From assembly GCA_964016885.1 (NCBI GenBank), contig OZ024743.1:189472001-189536000 (forward strand): 64,000 nt of DNA, given 5' to 3'. Shown here one piece after another: positions 24,468-39,000 of the stretch. The translations under genes and the position numbers were made by a program. How positions within the stretch are numbered: position 1 is the first letter of the stretch; every line of letters begins with the position of its first letter. Below the pieces are notes generated by a model, which saw only the letters and a list, made by a program, of their open reading frames with translations, was not told the DNA's origin and made no database searches. The stretch is from Eledone cirrhosa. Taxonomy: Eukaryota.

Positions 24468-24812
24468 TCATCATCATTCATCATTTCATTTTACGTCCGC
24501 TTTTTCCCTGCTTGCAAGGGTGGGACGGGAACTGATTCTGGCTTGATTTCTACAGCTGGATGCCCTTCCTAACACCAACCTCATTTACAGTGAGTGCTGG
24601 GTGCTTTTTTGCCGTGGCACCTCCACAACCACTTTGCAGTGGAATGATAGGGACCCCAGTCCCTATCATCTCATTTCTACAGCTGAGTAAACTGGAGCAA
24701 TGTGAAATAAAGTGTCTTGCTCAAGGAAACAACACATCACCCGGTCTGAGATTTGAACTCACAACCTTTCGATTGCAAGGCCAATGCTCTAACCACTAAG
24801 CCATGTGCCTCC
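24468..24812 (-). mobile_element. SINE family B
   Basis: Near-identical to 23204-23548. Confidence 0.9.
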
Positions 24813-25029
24813 ATATATAATAGGATATATCAACAGGATATATTATAGGATATATCAACAGAGAAGACTGTTGAACTTTCATATGTGGAAATGGATGGGA
24901 GACTCCATCATACATATATAGTGGTAAAAAATCAGGATGGTATATCCATAGCAATTAGGGCACTCAGTCTAGAGGACGAGTTCGGTATAAAGTTAGTTCT
25001 ACAACAAATTAGCAAACCACACTCAATCA

Positions 25030-25650
25030 TTCGATAGTGCTGATGCATGTGATTTACTTGGATTATACATATTAGATATGTTGGAACTCAGATTCCCCGA
25101 ACTTCCACACAGGTTTATACCACAACGATTGTCTGATCCTATGGAGCCATAAAAGCGGTCACGACCTTGCTTGTTTTAGAAAGGACCTAATAGCCCTGTT
25201 CAAATAGTTAGGACTTAAGATCACTGTAGCCACAAACCTGATTAGAGTTGATTATCTAGACATCAATTTAGACCTTCACACACACATTCAGACCTTTCTA
25301 CAAACTTAATGAAAACTTAACTTATAAACACAAGGACTCATGTCACCCACCTACAGTCTTTAAAAACTTCGTTAAAAATATCAGTACTGCAATTTCTAAT
25401 CTTTCTTCTAACAAAGTAATTTTTGACAGAGTGGCAACTTACTATAACTCTGCTTTAGCTAAGGGCTTCTCCAATAAAATTTCTTATTCCCCTCCTAATC
25501 ACACTATCAGTAGAAAAAGGAATAGAAATAAAAAAAAATAATTTAGTTGTGCCCTCCCACCTTGCTCAGTGTTAGAACCAATGTAGCTAGGAAATTCTTG
25601 GCACTCCTCAAAGGACATAGATACAGACCTATCTTCAATAGACACGGGGG
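25030..25650 (+). mobile_element. Naiad-like PLE reverse transcriptase/thumb fragment
   Basis: Frameshifted FDSADACDLLGLYIL..GLYHND..GLKITVATNLIRVDYLDINLDL..SCHPPTVFKN..ISNLSS..RKRNR..SVRTNVARKFL. Confidence 0.75.
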
Positions 25651-25726
25651 AAACCCAGATATTGAGGTGAGACGCACATCCTCGAATATAGTTTGCTCGC
25701 TTTTGTGCAACTAAACTTCTCTCTTT

Positions 25727-25786
<60 letters not shown>

Positions 25787-26001
25787 CTATCTATCTATCT
25801 ATCTATCTATATATAAATGAAAATAGAGAAATTAATGTAAGCAAAAAGCCGACAATAATTCAGATATATAAGTGACTATAACATCAAGATGAAACATTTT
25901 TAACGTAAGATATGGGATAAATAATTCAATCTTAATTCAAAACAAGTCAAGAAGAAAGATTTTATTCCCAGGCTTTGTGTAAGCTGGGGAAAAAAAAAAC
26001 C

Positions 26002-26039
<38 letters not shown>

Positions 26040-26235
26040 TATATATATGTGTGCTTATTAGTTTTCAGTTTTTAGAACTACATTTGTAATTAACAATTTG
26101 TATTTGATGGAATTGGTATGTTTTGTGATTAGAGTTTTTTTCTCTGTTATGCTGTTTATCCCATAATTTAGATAATGCATTTTTATCAAATCTTGTGTAC
26201 AAACATTGGTGTTGCTGTTTCATTCCACATCAACC

Positions 26236-26438
26236 TTAATCTTTAGCATTCACATTACTCTATATTTACTATTGTATTTTTGTGGTAAAGGCTTTATCTC
26301 ACATAATGTTGAATCTATGAAATGTTGGTATCATTTATTTTGAGAACAGTAACTGAGGAACGAGTTATGGCTGGTTGGAACAGAAAGAGGTAAAGGAATT
26401 CTGACCAGATATGTCTGGTTTAAATGCTAAAGGGTTAA
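26236..26438. mobile_element. piggyBac-like MITE
   Basis: ttaa-tctttagcatt ... aatgctaaaggg-ttaa: terminal inverted repeats with TTAA flanks. Confidence 0.6.
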
Positions 26439-27999
26439 ATGAGCAGATCTGTGATCAGTGACGATACAAACTAAACCACCATATTGTTTTTAAATCTATC
26501 TTGTCTGCATTGTCTATTACAGCATTTCTATTTTTTAAGATGATAGGATGCTATTGTGACCCTACAGTAGTTTGACACCTCCATCATCTTATCATATTCA
26601 AATATGGACAAATGGTGGAAAATATTTTAGTTTGAATAAGCAGAACATTTTTGAAAAAGATACAACCTTTTGTGAACATTGAGAAATGTGAAATATTCAC
26701 CTCCATACACCCATTAAATATATATATATATATATATATCTTGAGTCAGAATGTATTAGATAAGTTAAGGGTAAATTCTACAACTCTGCTGGCATTGTTA
26801 TCTTTTATGGAATTTCTGTCTACCAAAATCATAAAGAAATAGAAACCAGCTTTTCTTTATATTTATTTGATATTTGCCTTGGTGGCATTAAAAGTTTCTT
26901 TTTATGAAATTCTCGGTTGATTCAGTTGAATAAAAGATGCCAATTCTGAACAAAGGTCCTTTTATTAATACTCTTTTTAATAATATCTAACCTTATTTCA
27001 TGTATTGGCAAAATGTTGGAATTGGTCTTATGAAAGATTTAGCACCTATATAATAATAATGATGGTAATACTAATAACAGTGTTATATATTTGGAAGTAG
27101 TAGTAAAGATAATCATTTATGATTTAGCTATAGTAACGGAGACACTATTGTTCTGAGCTAAACTAGACAGTTTGCTCTCTTTTAATCTTTCTCTCACTCA
27201 TTCTTTTTCCGTCTCACTCTCTTTCTCACATCTCTCTCTCTCTCTTTCTCACTTTCTCATTGCCTTTCTAACACACTCTCTCTTACAGTAATATTAGGTA
27301 GAGTAATCTACTTGATGTCACTTAATTCCTTGACTAAATGTACCATAGCTATTACTATCTACATTTATTATATGTAGACTAGCATGGATTAAAATCATAT
27401 GATAAATCTATAGCGATATTGTGAAAACTAATGATGTAACTAAAGGAAAAAGAAAATAGCTTTATATAAATTAAGAGTGCAGATAGCTGTGTTTAAATGA
27501 AAAACTTGTCAACTAGATGAGAGCTCTACATTTCGATTATTGTCACTGTCACTTGATTGTGTCTGTATCCCAGACAATCAACTCTCTGCGGATATGTCGA
27601 TATATTTAAACATAGTTAGTGCACAGTAATATAATTCTCTTTTAGAAATAATATATATTCTGTAAAAGAGTTGATTTATTCATTTGCTTGTAGTACTTCT
27701 GTTCATTTCCTTCTATAAGAAAAAGCACTTTCAAGAGATTTGTGTTGAATACGAAACATATCATTATTGTCATCATCATCATTGAATGTCTGTTTACCTT
27801 ACTAGCAAGGATTGGAGATGTCATCACAGACTGAAACCCCTATCCTCCAGCTTACCTAGAGTATTTCATCATAGCACTAGAGAAGCTGTCTTCTTTGATA
27901 CAAGTAAAGAGTCCTCTGAACCCTTTGTTTAGCAAGGTTTCTTTAGTTTATTATTGTGAGTCCATTCATCAAAATAATCAATGTACTTAGTCTCTGCTT

Positions 28000-28310
28000 T
28001 TTCACTATTATCATCTCAAGGCTCATTTCATCCTGCTTGCGTGGTAAAGCAGCTCTTCTGTCGTATGACATGTTACCAGTCAGTTCAATATAGTGTCATC
28101 TCCTTTGTAAACTTTATCTTCATGAAGTCAACATTCACTACAACATCCCAAGTTTTCCATAAGCTCCATCAACTTCAACTATTCTGCACATATTTATGCA
28201 ATTGCCATCTTTCATCCATCTCATATGTCAACACCATTGCAGTGTCCTCTCCTGGACTCTGCATCTAACCCCTCTTATACCCAGTTTCTCTCTCAGTTCA
28301 TTGATACTTC
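28000..28310 (-). mobile_element. Old RTE 3' fragment
   Basis: Degenerate homology to 13270-13560 (ELREKLG..G..LQWC*HM*RMK..GKLGM). Confidence 0.55.
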
Positions 28311-30194
28311 ATCATTTATACATATCTATATATATATGAAGGCATGGAGCCTATTGGTTAGGGTCTTGGGCTTATGATCTTAATGCACTAGTAGGAAAGA
28401 AGAAAGGATGAATCAACCTCAACACACTACTGGTAGACATTTTATCATCAAAGCAGATAAAAAAAATTTAATACCTTTAAGATTTGAACTCAGATTGTGA
28501 AGTCGTCATCCTCATCATCATCCTCATTGTTTGATATTAGCTTTCCCCCATACCAAGGTTTGTAGAGGTTGGTACTCAAGCAGAGCTATACATTCAACAT
28601 ATGTGCTCGGATGGGCTGGTGGCCTGCATCTCACTTACATATGATCCTGTGCTCTATTGAGAACATCATATCATGATACCAGTAGTAGAGAAGTGATATA
28701 ATTATAGTCTGTAAGGTTAACATCTTAACTATATAAACAAACTTCTTATTTTCATTCTATGCAGTGCTGTACAGGGGTCCATCCTTGAACTGTACCAGTA
28801 GTATATAAGATTTTTCTATGAGAAGAGTTTGCTAGATTAACACAACTTCTAGAGAAATGTCTGCTGGGAGACTGGTACAATATAGATTATTCTTAGAGAG
28901 GGAGAAGAGTAACTAAGAGAAAATAGAGGAGAATGAACCCTGAACTTGATAAGTACTTTATTTATTGACACTGGAAAAAAGAAAGGCAGGATTTGAAATC
29001 AGAAAGCAGAGGTGCAAACGAAATGGTGCAAGAAATTATGACACCCTAATGACTCTGCCAACTTCCTGCCTATGTCGGCTAACTCATCCTGTTAAATCCT
29101 AGAATTTACTTACCTCTGTTCATTCTAACGAGCATAACAAAACAATATTTAAAAATATGTGTAAGAAAATGCCACTTATCAAACAATTGTTAATGTCTAA
29201 CCATATTCCTTCTATGACAGAAACCATAGAAAAACTATAAAAATAAATTGAAAAAAATGAAGTATTTGTTGGCACCATAATGTAATGAAAGCAACATCAA
29301 TATGAGAAATACTGATAGCAATAATAACATTATTGCAATGGCAGAAAGAAGAATAATCATGTGAAAAGATAACAAAATGAAAGTTGTCCTAGAATAGACG
29401 ATAAAAGAAAATATGGTTTTCTTAATGAAAGACCTAAGGCAAAACATCTAAATATATGTCAATTAGATAGTTACTTCTGGAACTTGTTAGCTTTAATGTT
29501 CGTGAAAGAGATCTGAGAAATCCCATGTATACAGCAATGGCTTTGAAAACACGGATGGTGCCTTATATAAGAAAGACTACATTTGATTACATCCTGCAAT
29601 AGTTTTTGAGGAGAAATATGTTCCATGATATATAAAGAAAGGAAAGAAAATCTTGGAAATGATTATGAGAATTTCTTTTGTAGTAGAAATAGAAAATAGA
29701 TTATTTTGAGTTTTCTCTGTCATAATGTTTAAGTTATTTGTTGTTGATTGTGTAGCAATGTGTTACTGAACAGTAAAATTTTACAAAAATAGCAATATAA
29801 TACAAATATATATGAATAAAAGATTCAGGTTATTATAAAGACTAAGGAAGAAAAAATAACTCATTAGAATGTTCTTCAAATGTTTGGTAGGATCAAATAT
29901 TTAGAAAAGGAAGTGTTTAGTTAAGAAGAATTCTGTCTTTTGAAGAATGAATTTAATATAGAAAAATTGTCCTGTGGGAAGAAAGCAGTGGTATTAAAGG
30001 AAAGAATATCAATATAGGAGGTTAATAGCTGATTACTGAAATTATTAAATGTAATATCTTACCAAATCTCTTGAGTAACCGAACAACTGCCCAGAGGGTC
30101 AACTTTTAATAGTATGTTACTGATTCTTAGCTGTGCACATGTCCAACATACATAAATAGTTGTGTAGAATTCTTTTATTGTGCTAATTTATTCT

Positions 30195-30610
30195 TTTACT
30201 GTTTCAGTCATTAGATTGTAACGATGCTGAGGTACTATCTTAAAGGAATTTTTAGTCAATTATAACAACCCTTGTACATAATATTTTCAAATCTGGCACT
30301 AATTTTATCAACGTCTTTTTGTTGAATTGCTAAGTAACAGGATATATATATACATAGATTAAAATGTAAAGACAGGTATGGACATGGATGCACACATTCA
30401 CACACACACACAAATGCCAACTCTCACACATACGCACATATACACATACATATGCAGGGTGGGTTTCTACACAGTTTATCTACCAAATTTCCCTTAAAAT
30501 ATACTGGTCAACCTGAGGCTATAGCAGAAAACACTTACCCAAGGTGCCATGCAGTGGGACTGAACCTGAAACCACATGGTTGCAAATAAAGTGAACTCCT
30601 TAAACACTCA
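30195..30610 (-). mobile_element. Old CORE-like SINE remnant
   Basis: acacttacccaaggtgccatgcagtgggactgaacctgaaacc (reverse tRNA head + core). Confidence 0.55.
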
Positions 30611-32129
30611 TCCTTGTTTTGCAATTATAAGTATCTTGAAGAAGCAAGATAGATAAAATATTTAACTGCATCTTGTGGAGAGAATTGTGTAATTGTAAAG
30701 AGTTTCATTAGCTTGTAATGCCTGGATAAAATCCTTCTGTACAAGTAAATCCCAATCTATTTTAATAGTTATTTTTATACAGGATAAGAGATGATTCAAA
30801 GAACTATTATTTGAAAATTAGACCTAATGATAAAAATAAATCACTTGAAATGAAAATGTACTTCATGGAAAACAAGCAAATAATTCATATTTACATGACA
30901 GTTATACTGCCTTGACTACTTTAATTAATTGAGAAGAAATTATGGAATGTTAAATAAGAAAATATATAAAATAACAAAACAATGGAAAAGGAGGGTGTGG
31001 GTGATTGGGCTCCGTTGCTAGGGCACAGCGATAATAGGGCTGTACCCTGTGGACAGGACCGCAAAAGCATTCCCACAGACAATGGCCAGTGACACCCACT
31101 GCAACAGCTACACCACCGACATTCCAATTTTGCAGAGTAGCTTGGCAGAACAGGATTCAATTATGCCTGATATCTCAACTGCATAGCGGGCCATGTTACC
31201 AGGGTGTGTGGCCAAAGTGACTAATTTGGAGGCAGAGAATGTGTCAAAACATGTGATGTCCCAGATGAGAGATCTACCCCCTTCAAATGCGAAGAGGGTG
31301 ATTCCATCAGGGTGTAGTTAAGGGGCGTTGTTATGATATCATTAAAAAGAAAGATATAAATTTTATTTTTGAAAAACTATATATAAGATAATGATGCCAC
31401 CCCCTTGAAAATTAGCATTAATATATATAAGCATTTCTCATGAAATACATTGTATATGATTTTCTAACTGTTTTTAAAATAATCATGTATTTAGAGGGTT
31501 ATAGCTGGTATTTGTAACAAAACATAACAAAGGTTCTTGTATAAAATTAAGATGGAAGGTTTTTAAATGACTATAAACTACTTAAACACTTTAAACACTT
31601 TAAAGCAATCGGTTTTGTATTGTAGAACCAGTGGCAGTTTCAAGCATTGTGGTATCAAAAGAGTTAAGGCATAGAGTATTATAAAGATAACTAAAAATAA
31701 TTATACACTGAGGTAAACACAGTAGTCAATGACTATCATTGTTTTGATAATTTCAACCGATGGGTAGGCCATGCATTCAGAATAGAGGAGGACCAGAAAT
31801 TTAAAAACATGACCCAAGAATATTCGGTCCAGTCCAGCAAGGTTGAAGTTGAGAACAGAGAAAAGCATCTTACATACAGGAAGGCAGTGAGAGTTGCTGA
31901 AGATTAGTCAAAAAGGCATTGAATTATCAAGGCCTTATTTCCCATTCAGAAAGATTGGAATATCATAAAGAAATATATCATCATCATATTCATCATTGCT
32001 CTTTTACATCTACTTTCTATACTGGCTTACAAGAAAAGGTTTCTCCTGCCATATGATAAAAGTGAGCTACAAAGGAATTCTTATACTGCAAGACCATATT
32101 GGTGGAATTTTTGTCAAGATACACAAAGG

Positions 32130-33452
32130 CAAAGTATTTAAATCTGTATGTAATAATTCTTGTGGTATCACTTATCTAAAGACTGTAAGTAAGTCTTCAT
32201 CTAGTCTGATGTTTAATTGATTAGTTACAGACTGCTACATTTAGCTTTTGTTAATCCTGAAAAGGCATTTGACAGACTACCTCAATCTATTATCTGTTGG
32301 AAATTAGGTGTAGAAAAATAGGTTGTGAGAGCAGTGCAAGTCATATATAGAGGAGCTGTTAGTAAAGAGAGAGTAGGAAGTGATTTTAGTGAGGAATTCA
32401 AGGAACAGGTAAGGTTCAGTTCTTAGCCCATTGTTGTTCATCATAGTTCTCCAGGCCATAACAGAGGAATTTAAAATGGGCTGTCCATGGGAAATTCTCT
32501 ATGCAGGTGATTTGCTCCTTATAGCTGAAACCATAAAATAACTAGAAAATAAGTTCCCATTATGGAAGCAGAATTTGGAATCAACAGATCTGAGAGTAAA
32601 CTTAACCAAAACTAAAATGCTAGTGAGTAGGAAAGAAGATAGGATCCTAATTCCTTTAAAGAAGTCGGCCTCCTCAATATGTAGAATAGGAGTAGGCATA
32701 AACTCCATACAATGTACACAATGTAAATTATGGGTACACAAGAGATGTATTAAGATAATGAATAGACTAATGGGAAGGGAGCACTTTGTACATAGAAATC
32801 CACATGGGTAATTGAGAGGTGGAGTGCCAGTGATATAAACATTTTCCAGTCACAGAAAAGGTCAATAAAAGTGGTTGATAGCTTCTTCTATTTAGGTGAC
32901 TTAATTGGCAGAGAAGGAGAGTACACTGAGAGTATAATAGCTAGAATATGTATAGGATGGATTCTCCCTACATATAAGCAGATGACTGTATGATGCCTGT
33001 GTGCAAAGCACAATGTTGTATGGTAGTGAAATATGGGCTTCGACTGCAGAGGATATGGGTAGACTGGAGAGAAATGAAGCATGCTTTGTTCAATGAGAGA
33101 AATGAATTAGGCTTTGTTCAATATGCAATGTAAGTGTGAGAGAAAGGCAGAGCTTGGACGGGTTGAGGAAGAAGCAGGGTTTTAGAGGAATCTGAAGTGG
33201 TGTGTAGGAGAAAAGATCTTGTTGGTATGAACATGTGATGTGCATTGACAATGCTAGTGGAACGAAGCTGCAATGGAGGTAGACCAAGAAAAACCTGGGC
33301 AGAGTTTGTGAGAGCTGACTTTAAGTTGCTGAGACACACAGAGGAGATGACGAAGGAATGTGTCGAGTGGAGATATGACATGCTGAGAAGCATCCGCCTA
33401 ACCTATGCAAATGTGGAAAAATGCATGTAAAAACAATGCTGATGACGATGGT
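32130..33452 (+). mobile_element. RTE LINE 3' half (RT, PHD-like finger, tail), decayed
   Basis: LAFVNPEKAFDRLP, SVLSPLLFIIVL, CPWEILYAGDL, ICRIGVGINSIQCTQCKLWVHKRC, GRPRKTW; (TGA)n tail. Confidence 0.9.
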
Positions 33453-33474
33453 ATATATATATATACATATAAAT

Positions 33475-33961
33475 ATACAATATGTTGAAAAGGTAACACA
33501 CTAGAGAGAGATACAGTGCACCATCAATAAAACAGGGAAAAACCACCAGTGTATGGAATCTATAACCTATGAAAGGCAGAATATAGACACGATAATTAAA
33601 AATATAAATTAAAGCGTAAATAACTATATAACACACATACAAATCCAAAGTGATCTTTTTCGCCAGTGAGTTGTTGACGGAAATGAAATAACCTCGGTTC
33701 CTCGGCGTGTGTAAGGCTATACATTTCAGACAACACTAAGAGAATTTTTAAAGCGGCCGTCCAACTTTTTAAATTAATAAAACATTTACAAAAATATCTA
33801 AAACTGCTTCAATGGAGAAAGGCTATTGTATAGGATATTCTAACTTCAGATAAATTTGCAACACACTAGGTTATAGATTCCATACACTGGTGGTTTTTTC
33901 TTGTTTTATTGATGGCACACTGTATCTCTCTCTAGTGTGTTACCTTTTCAACATATTGTAT
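33475..33961. repeat. Inverted repeat with 95-bp arms and ~297-bp spacer, next to a TA tract
   Basis: 33475-33569 is complementary to 33867-33961; part of the spacer (33765-33867) recurs at 35237-35338. Confidence 0.85.
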
Positions 33962-34074
33962 TTTAAAGTGCCCAGGACTTCCTCTCCTTTGAGCACATTA
34001 TTTACAGGGAACAGCGAGAGTCTATGGCTCATTAATGCATCGTGATACATATAAATATATATATACATATACGT

Positions 34075-34492
34075 AACAGAGAAGACCCGCCTTACCTAAA
34101 TACAAAGTAAAACCTACTAGTCAGTAGGCATCTCTATCAAAACACACCCCCGTCCCACCACCCCACCCCATCCACACCGCCCCCTTCAATGCAAAGTTAT
34201 GTTGGTGCCACAACATCCAGGCCGAAACAAACGAGATCGTGTAGGTGTCACGACAAAAAAAACACACAGTCCATGCTGTAATGTGGCCGTGTAGGCAACA
34301 CGGTAAAAACCTCCCAGTTCCACACTGTAAATGTGGTTCGTGTTAGGAAGGGCATCCAGCTGTAGAAAACCCGCCAGACAGTCCTATGCGAGCAAGACAA
34401 CCACTCTTGCCTCAAGTGGGAAAACCCCCGTCCAAACCCATGCAAGCGTGGAACAGGGACGTTAAACGATGATGATGATGATGATGATGATG

Positions 34493-34494
<2 letters not shown>
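34075..34494 (+). mobile_element. RTE LINE 3' UTR with (TGA)n tail
   Basis: Reverse-complement homolog of 12857-13270. Confidence 0.85.
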
Positions 34495-34535
<41 letters not shown>

Positions 34536-35589
34536 GATATACCACCATCATTATCATCATTGTTTGTATATATATATATATATATACATTGATAGAAAGG
34601 GGAGAAAGACAACTATGACAGCATACATATGATGATAAAATCTCTCTAAAGGTTACATGTAAGCTGTTGATGGGGGAAGAGTTTTTGTATAATTTTCTAA
34701 ATATTAGAAGATAGAAAGTCGAAAGAAAGAATGTAATGTAAATTTTTAGGCAGATGATGTGGATTAAATATGTAATAGAATTGAGGGAGAAAAAAATGAA
34801 ATGACAAATTAAATAATAAAATAAACCAAAACAAGAAAAGATTCCCGAACATTGAATATGAGTTAATTTGGAATGTAAAGGTGAGAATAAGATATTTTGG
34901 CAAATCTGCTGGAATGAATATGAAATTAATTTTATCATACTATTAGTTGAAATTCTTTTAGATTCACAAGAGATAATAAAGCACTAATTAATGGTACAGA
35001 AATTTCCAGATATATTGATTTTAAAAAGAAAATATATGATGTTATGACCTTGAAATAGTATTGCCTAACAGAAAAGTGCAGTAGAGTATTTGTTAAGGAC
35101 TAATTCTCCTGTTACTTAGGTCACACAGTTAAACACACACACATATATATATAGAACAAGAGAGGCTACGTAAGACAGTTGGTGCTTGGTAATATAAGTA
35201 TCTTTAGCATTATTATATTAATTTTGTTCTATAAGCTTTTTAAATGAATAAAACATTTACAAAAATATCTAAAACTGCTTCCATGGAGAAAGGTTATTGT
35301 ATAGGATATTCTAACTTCAGATAAATTTGCAACACACTCATTCTTCAACATCTGTTTCCATAAGAGGTAACCATGTGCTAGGCAATATTCTGGGGAACTA
35401 TCAGGAAGATCAGATTCTTGAGAATATTGAAAGTAAAGAGAAAAAGAATATGCTGTGGTGGGGGAATCTCCTTACTTCAATGTTGTACATTACTATGTTG
35501 GTTGCTGTAATGTGTTGCATAGCCCTATTTGACTTTTGTTTCTCTATCATTAAGGGATTCAGCTGAAGGATAAAAAAGATTTGGCGATG

Positions 35590-36710
35590 GGAAACTCACT
35601 CTGCATGGCAATAACAGCTGAAGAACAAAAGTCAATTTTATCACAAGAGTCTCAGTTCAAATAAGTTCAAATATAGCTGATGGAAACCTTGAAAAAGGAA
35701 ATGACAGTTTGTTTAGTCATCAAGTGAAGTCACTGATTAACACACTTCCATTGACACACTTCCATTGACACAATTACAAACAACGTCACAGAATTTAATT
35801 ATAATCCTGATGCAGTTAGGATTTTGAGCTCATGGGTTAAAGGATTCAAAGATTTTCTTTTGGAAATTGAACTGAAGCTTATGAAACATGCATGGTGATT
35901 CAGGCTACTCTTGAGAACTTTTGGCACAACAGAACACACAAGATTTTGCAATTTTATTCAGCCAAGGAATGCAAGATATTTAACTTTTGATCAGATCATA
36001 CAACTATCAGAAATCTTTGGTGAGCATTTGTCATATTTAATATCAGTGCATAAAATTGCTACACTGGAAGATGAAGACCATATCACGTATGCAAGTAGAG
36101 GTAATCTTGAATGCAAACAGTTTAAGTTACCTACCATGACAGAAGACCGGTTCAAATGCTTGATTTTTATTTGCAGTGGTGTACCCCAATCACGACACAT
36201 CTATGCTGGTGTGTCTATCACACACCCCCACCATTAACCAAGATGACCTCCTGACAGACTCCATCAATAATGGTCACTGATAAATCAAAACCACAATCGA
36301 CCTGCTGGAAGTGCAGTGAATGGCATTGTATTAGGTGTGCCCATGCAAAAATCAGAAATGCTCTGTATGCAAATGGTGTGGGAACAAAGAAAGCCAGTAC
36401 TAAGCAAGGAAGTTGATCAGAACAAATAGTAGAAATTGGAGATTGAGTAGAAGTCAGTGACAATCAAATCCCCAACTTAATACAGTGAATGCAACAACTG
36501 CTGATAATTTTGAAGCTCACTGAAAATATATAAAAATAAGAAGGAATGGAAAATAAATCAGTTTACAACTTGATACAGTATCAGACATCACAATTGAATC
36601 AACTAATAGCTGGAAGGCCTTTGGTTCACCCAAGTACAGTCAGGCAGAGCTGTGACCAGGAATTCATCAGGATCCCACTTGCAGCTACTTAGTGAACTCA
36701 ATTGTAGAAG
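35590..36710 (+). mobile_element. Gypsy/Ty3 gag-protease remnant
   Basis: TEFNYNPD, FGTTEHTRFCNFIQP..LTFDQ, TEDRFKCLIFIC, CWKCSEWH knuckle, LQLDTVSDITI protease motif. Confidence 0.75.
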
Positions 36711-37959
36711 CTCTTATTTTATCAAAAATAAAACAGACTAATAGCAAAATCAATTCTTGCTGGTTTTGAATATAGAACAGTAATGTATTGAGTACAAATC
36801 TCTATTCTTGAAATCTATTTTCTTAGTCATCTCAAATGCCTTTGTAAGCTGAGATATGTAAACCTCTCAAAATCTCCTTTTCAAATTTCATCTAATTCTT
36901 TTAGAGATCAAACAAGTCTACTCTTAGGTGTTAACTGTCCTTTAGTTATATTGTGCAATATAAATTAAGGTTCCTTGTCCAAAGACAGAAAGCTATTAGC
37001 AAAATTTATTGCCAATTCAAAGTATCTAGTATCTTATCCATTTGCATGTTACACATTACAAAGAAACCAACTCATAACAATAACCTCTATTTATATCACA
37101 TTATCACGTAAAGAAACTGTATGCAGCAGGTATTCCATTTCATTCTTAAAGTTGAGCAAATATATTACACACATATTGCGTAAGTGTATCTAATATTGTA
37201 GCTTGCCTTCTAAATAACAATGCTATCCCTACTGCTCTGTTCCCCATTATACATTATAATATCAATATATATGCATATATGTTTAGAAAAATAAATATAT
37301 TTGGAAAACACTAAATATCAACTCCATCACCAAGAGCTCCTTAGCTAAAACGTACCACTCTCACTTACAACAAACTTGGCTGCTGTTATCTATCACTCTC
37401 TCTCTCCTTCAATGACACATATTTATTACAATATTATCACATTGTTCATGCTCTTTTCTACTTAAACTGCAGCTCACTACCAACAACCAGCATGTATCTA
37501 CCCTTGTCCCTTTCCTTTTCCTATCATCTTTTTGCCCTGCTTCGTTTTTCACACTCATAATCATATATGCTTCTTTTCCAACTCTCTACAGTTATTTTTA
37601 TCTTGAAGGATTACAGGTGTGTATGAAGGAGAGGAGGATTTAGTTATGTTGTGGACAAGGTGAATTATAAAAGGAATTTAGTTGTAGGAATCATACTAAA
37701 AATGGAACATAGCTGGGTAAGATGTGCTCCAGCAATTTATTTAGAAGGCCAGTAACTCCAAACTTGAACTGTCTCAAACTGTAATGACTAATCCAATCCA
37801 TGCCAATTTGAGTAATGGATGTAAAACAATGATGTGATGATGGATCCAGCAAAATTTGAGCTACAAGCCAAATCTAGTTTGCCATTTCATTAATGTAGCT
37901 CATAGACTTCATTGATATAGGCTCTTACATATAAATTTTCACTGGCGCAAATTTATTTA

Positions 37960-38420
37960 AAATGTTGTCACTCATGACGATTTTAAATACTAAATGAAAA
38001 CGACATTTCCTCAGCAGCTTTGCAAGCATTTCTCTCCCAGCTGCTAGACTACCTAATTATCAAAGCACTTGTGAGCACACAGCATCAGAGATGGCACGAT
38101 GGTAGTGACAAGCAAATCTTACTCTCCTTTTATGTAAAATGACAGATACATATGGGAGGCCAGTTAGTGCTTTGTAAACCACAAGCAGTCACTAATAACA
38201 AGGGGCGCAAGCTCTCCTATCCCGATGTCATCTCCAGGGATTCTGGTATTGAAATGAATGACATACCCACGTGGAGATCGATTGTTGAGTCCACCTGATG
38301 ATGAATTGTCATAAAAACTAGTAAAAATGCTACAAACTTTAGTAGTGTTGCATACTCCTGGCAATCGTTTGGCTACAGTTGTTCTGCCTCTCACTGATAT
38401 TGTTATAAGCAAAATATATT
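37960..38420 (-). mobile_element. Decayed hAT transposase fragment
   Basis: Frameshifted motifs in hAT order: GRTTVAKRL, WT.NNRS..GM..HF, C.AH, LLRKCR. Confidence 0.45.
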
Positions 38421-39000
38421 TATACAAACTGACATCAAACTAAATCAATGTTTTTCTTATGACACTATTTATTGAGACAAAAATCTTGAATGACTTTAAC
38501 TAACACCATTTCTGTCTGTTATATATTTATTCTTTTCTATCATTCTGTTATCTTTATGTTGTTATGACTCTAGTTTTGTGTTATTTGCATTGTTCTAATT
38601 CATTTATATGCATTGTTCTTTGTTGCAGTTTTGAGCCTACTGTGACTTTCTAAAATAACTACTTTTATTATTGTAATTAAACAATGTTATCATATTAAGA
38701 AATGCCAGCTCATTTGGTTTCTATTTATGATACTAGGAAAAAACATTTATTTTATTCTATATTAAATGCTTATAGTAAAAACAAAACATTAAAATAGTTT
38801 CAAAGCAAGGTGTTTCCATGACCTTGTACAATCATCATTTCATATGTTGTTCACTTTGGCCCACAACACATAAAGACATTTATTATCGAAGCTGCCTCCA
38901 AAGCGTTTTGCATATTCTTGAATTAGACTGCCACCATGCTGGGTCATATAAAATTGCATATTTTAAATCCATCAGCAATCATAGTTATGGGCAAAGCTAT

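Noticed and set aside
38146-38298. Plus-strand exon-like frame (RKLSYP..DSGIEM..)
   Set aside because: The opposite strand shows ordered hAT transposase motifs, a simpler explanation
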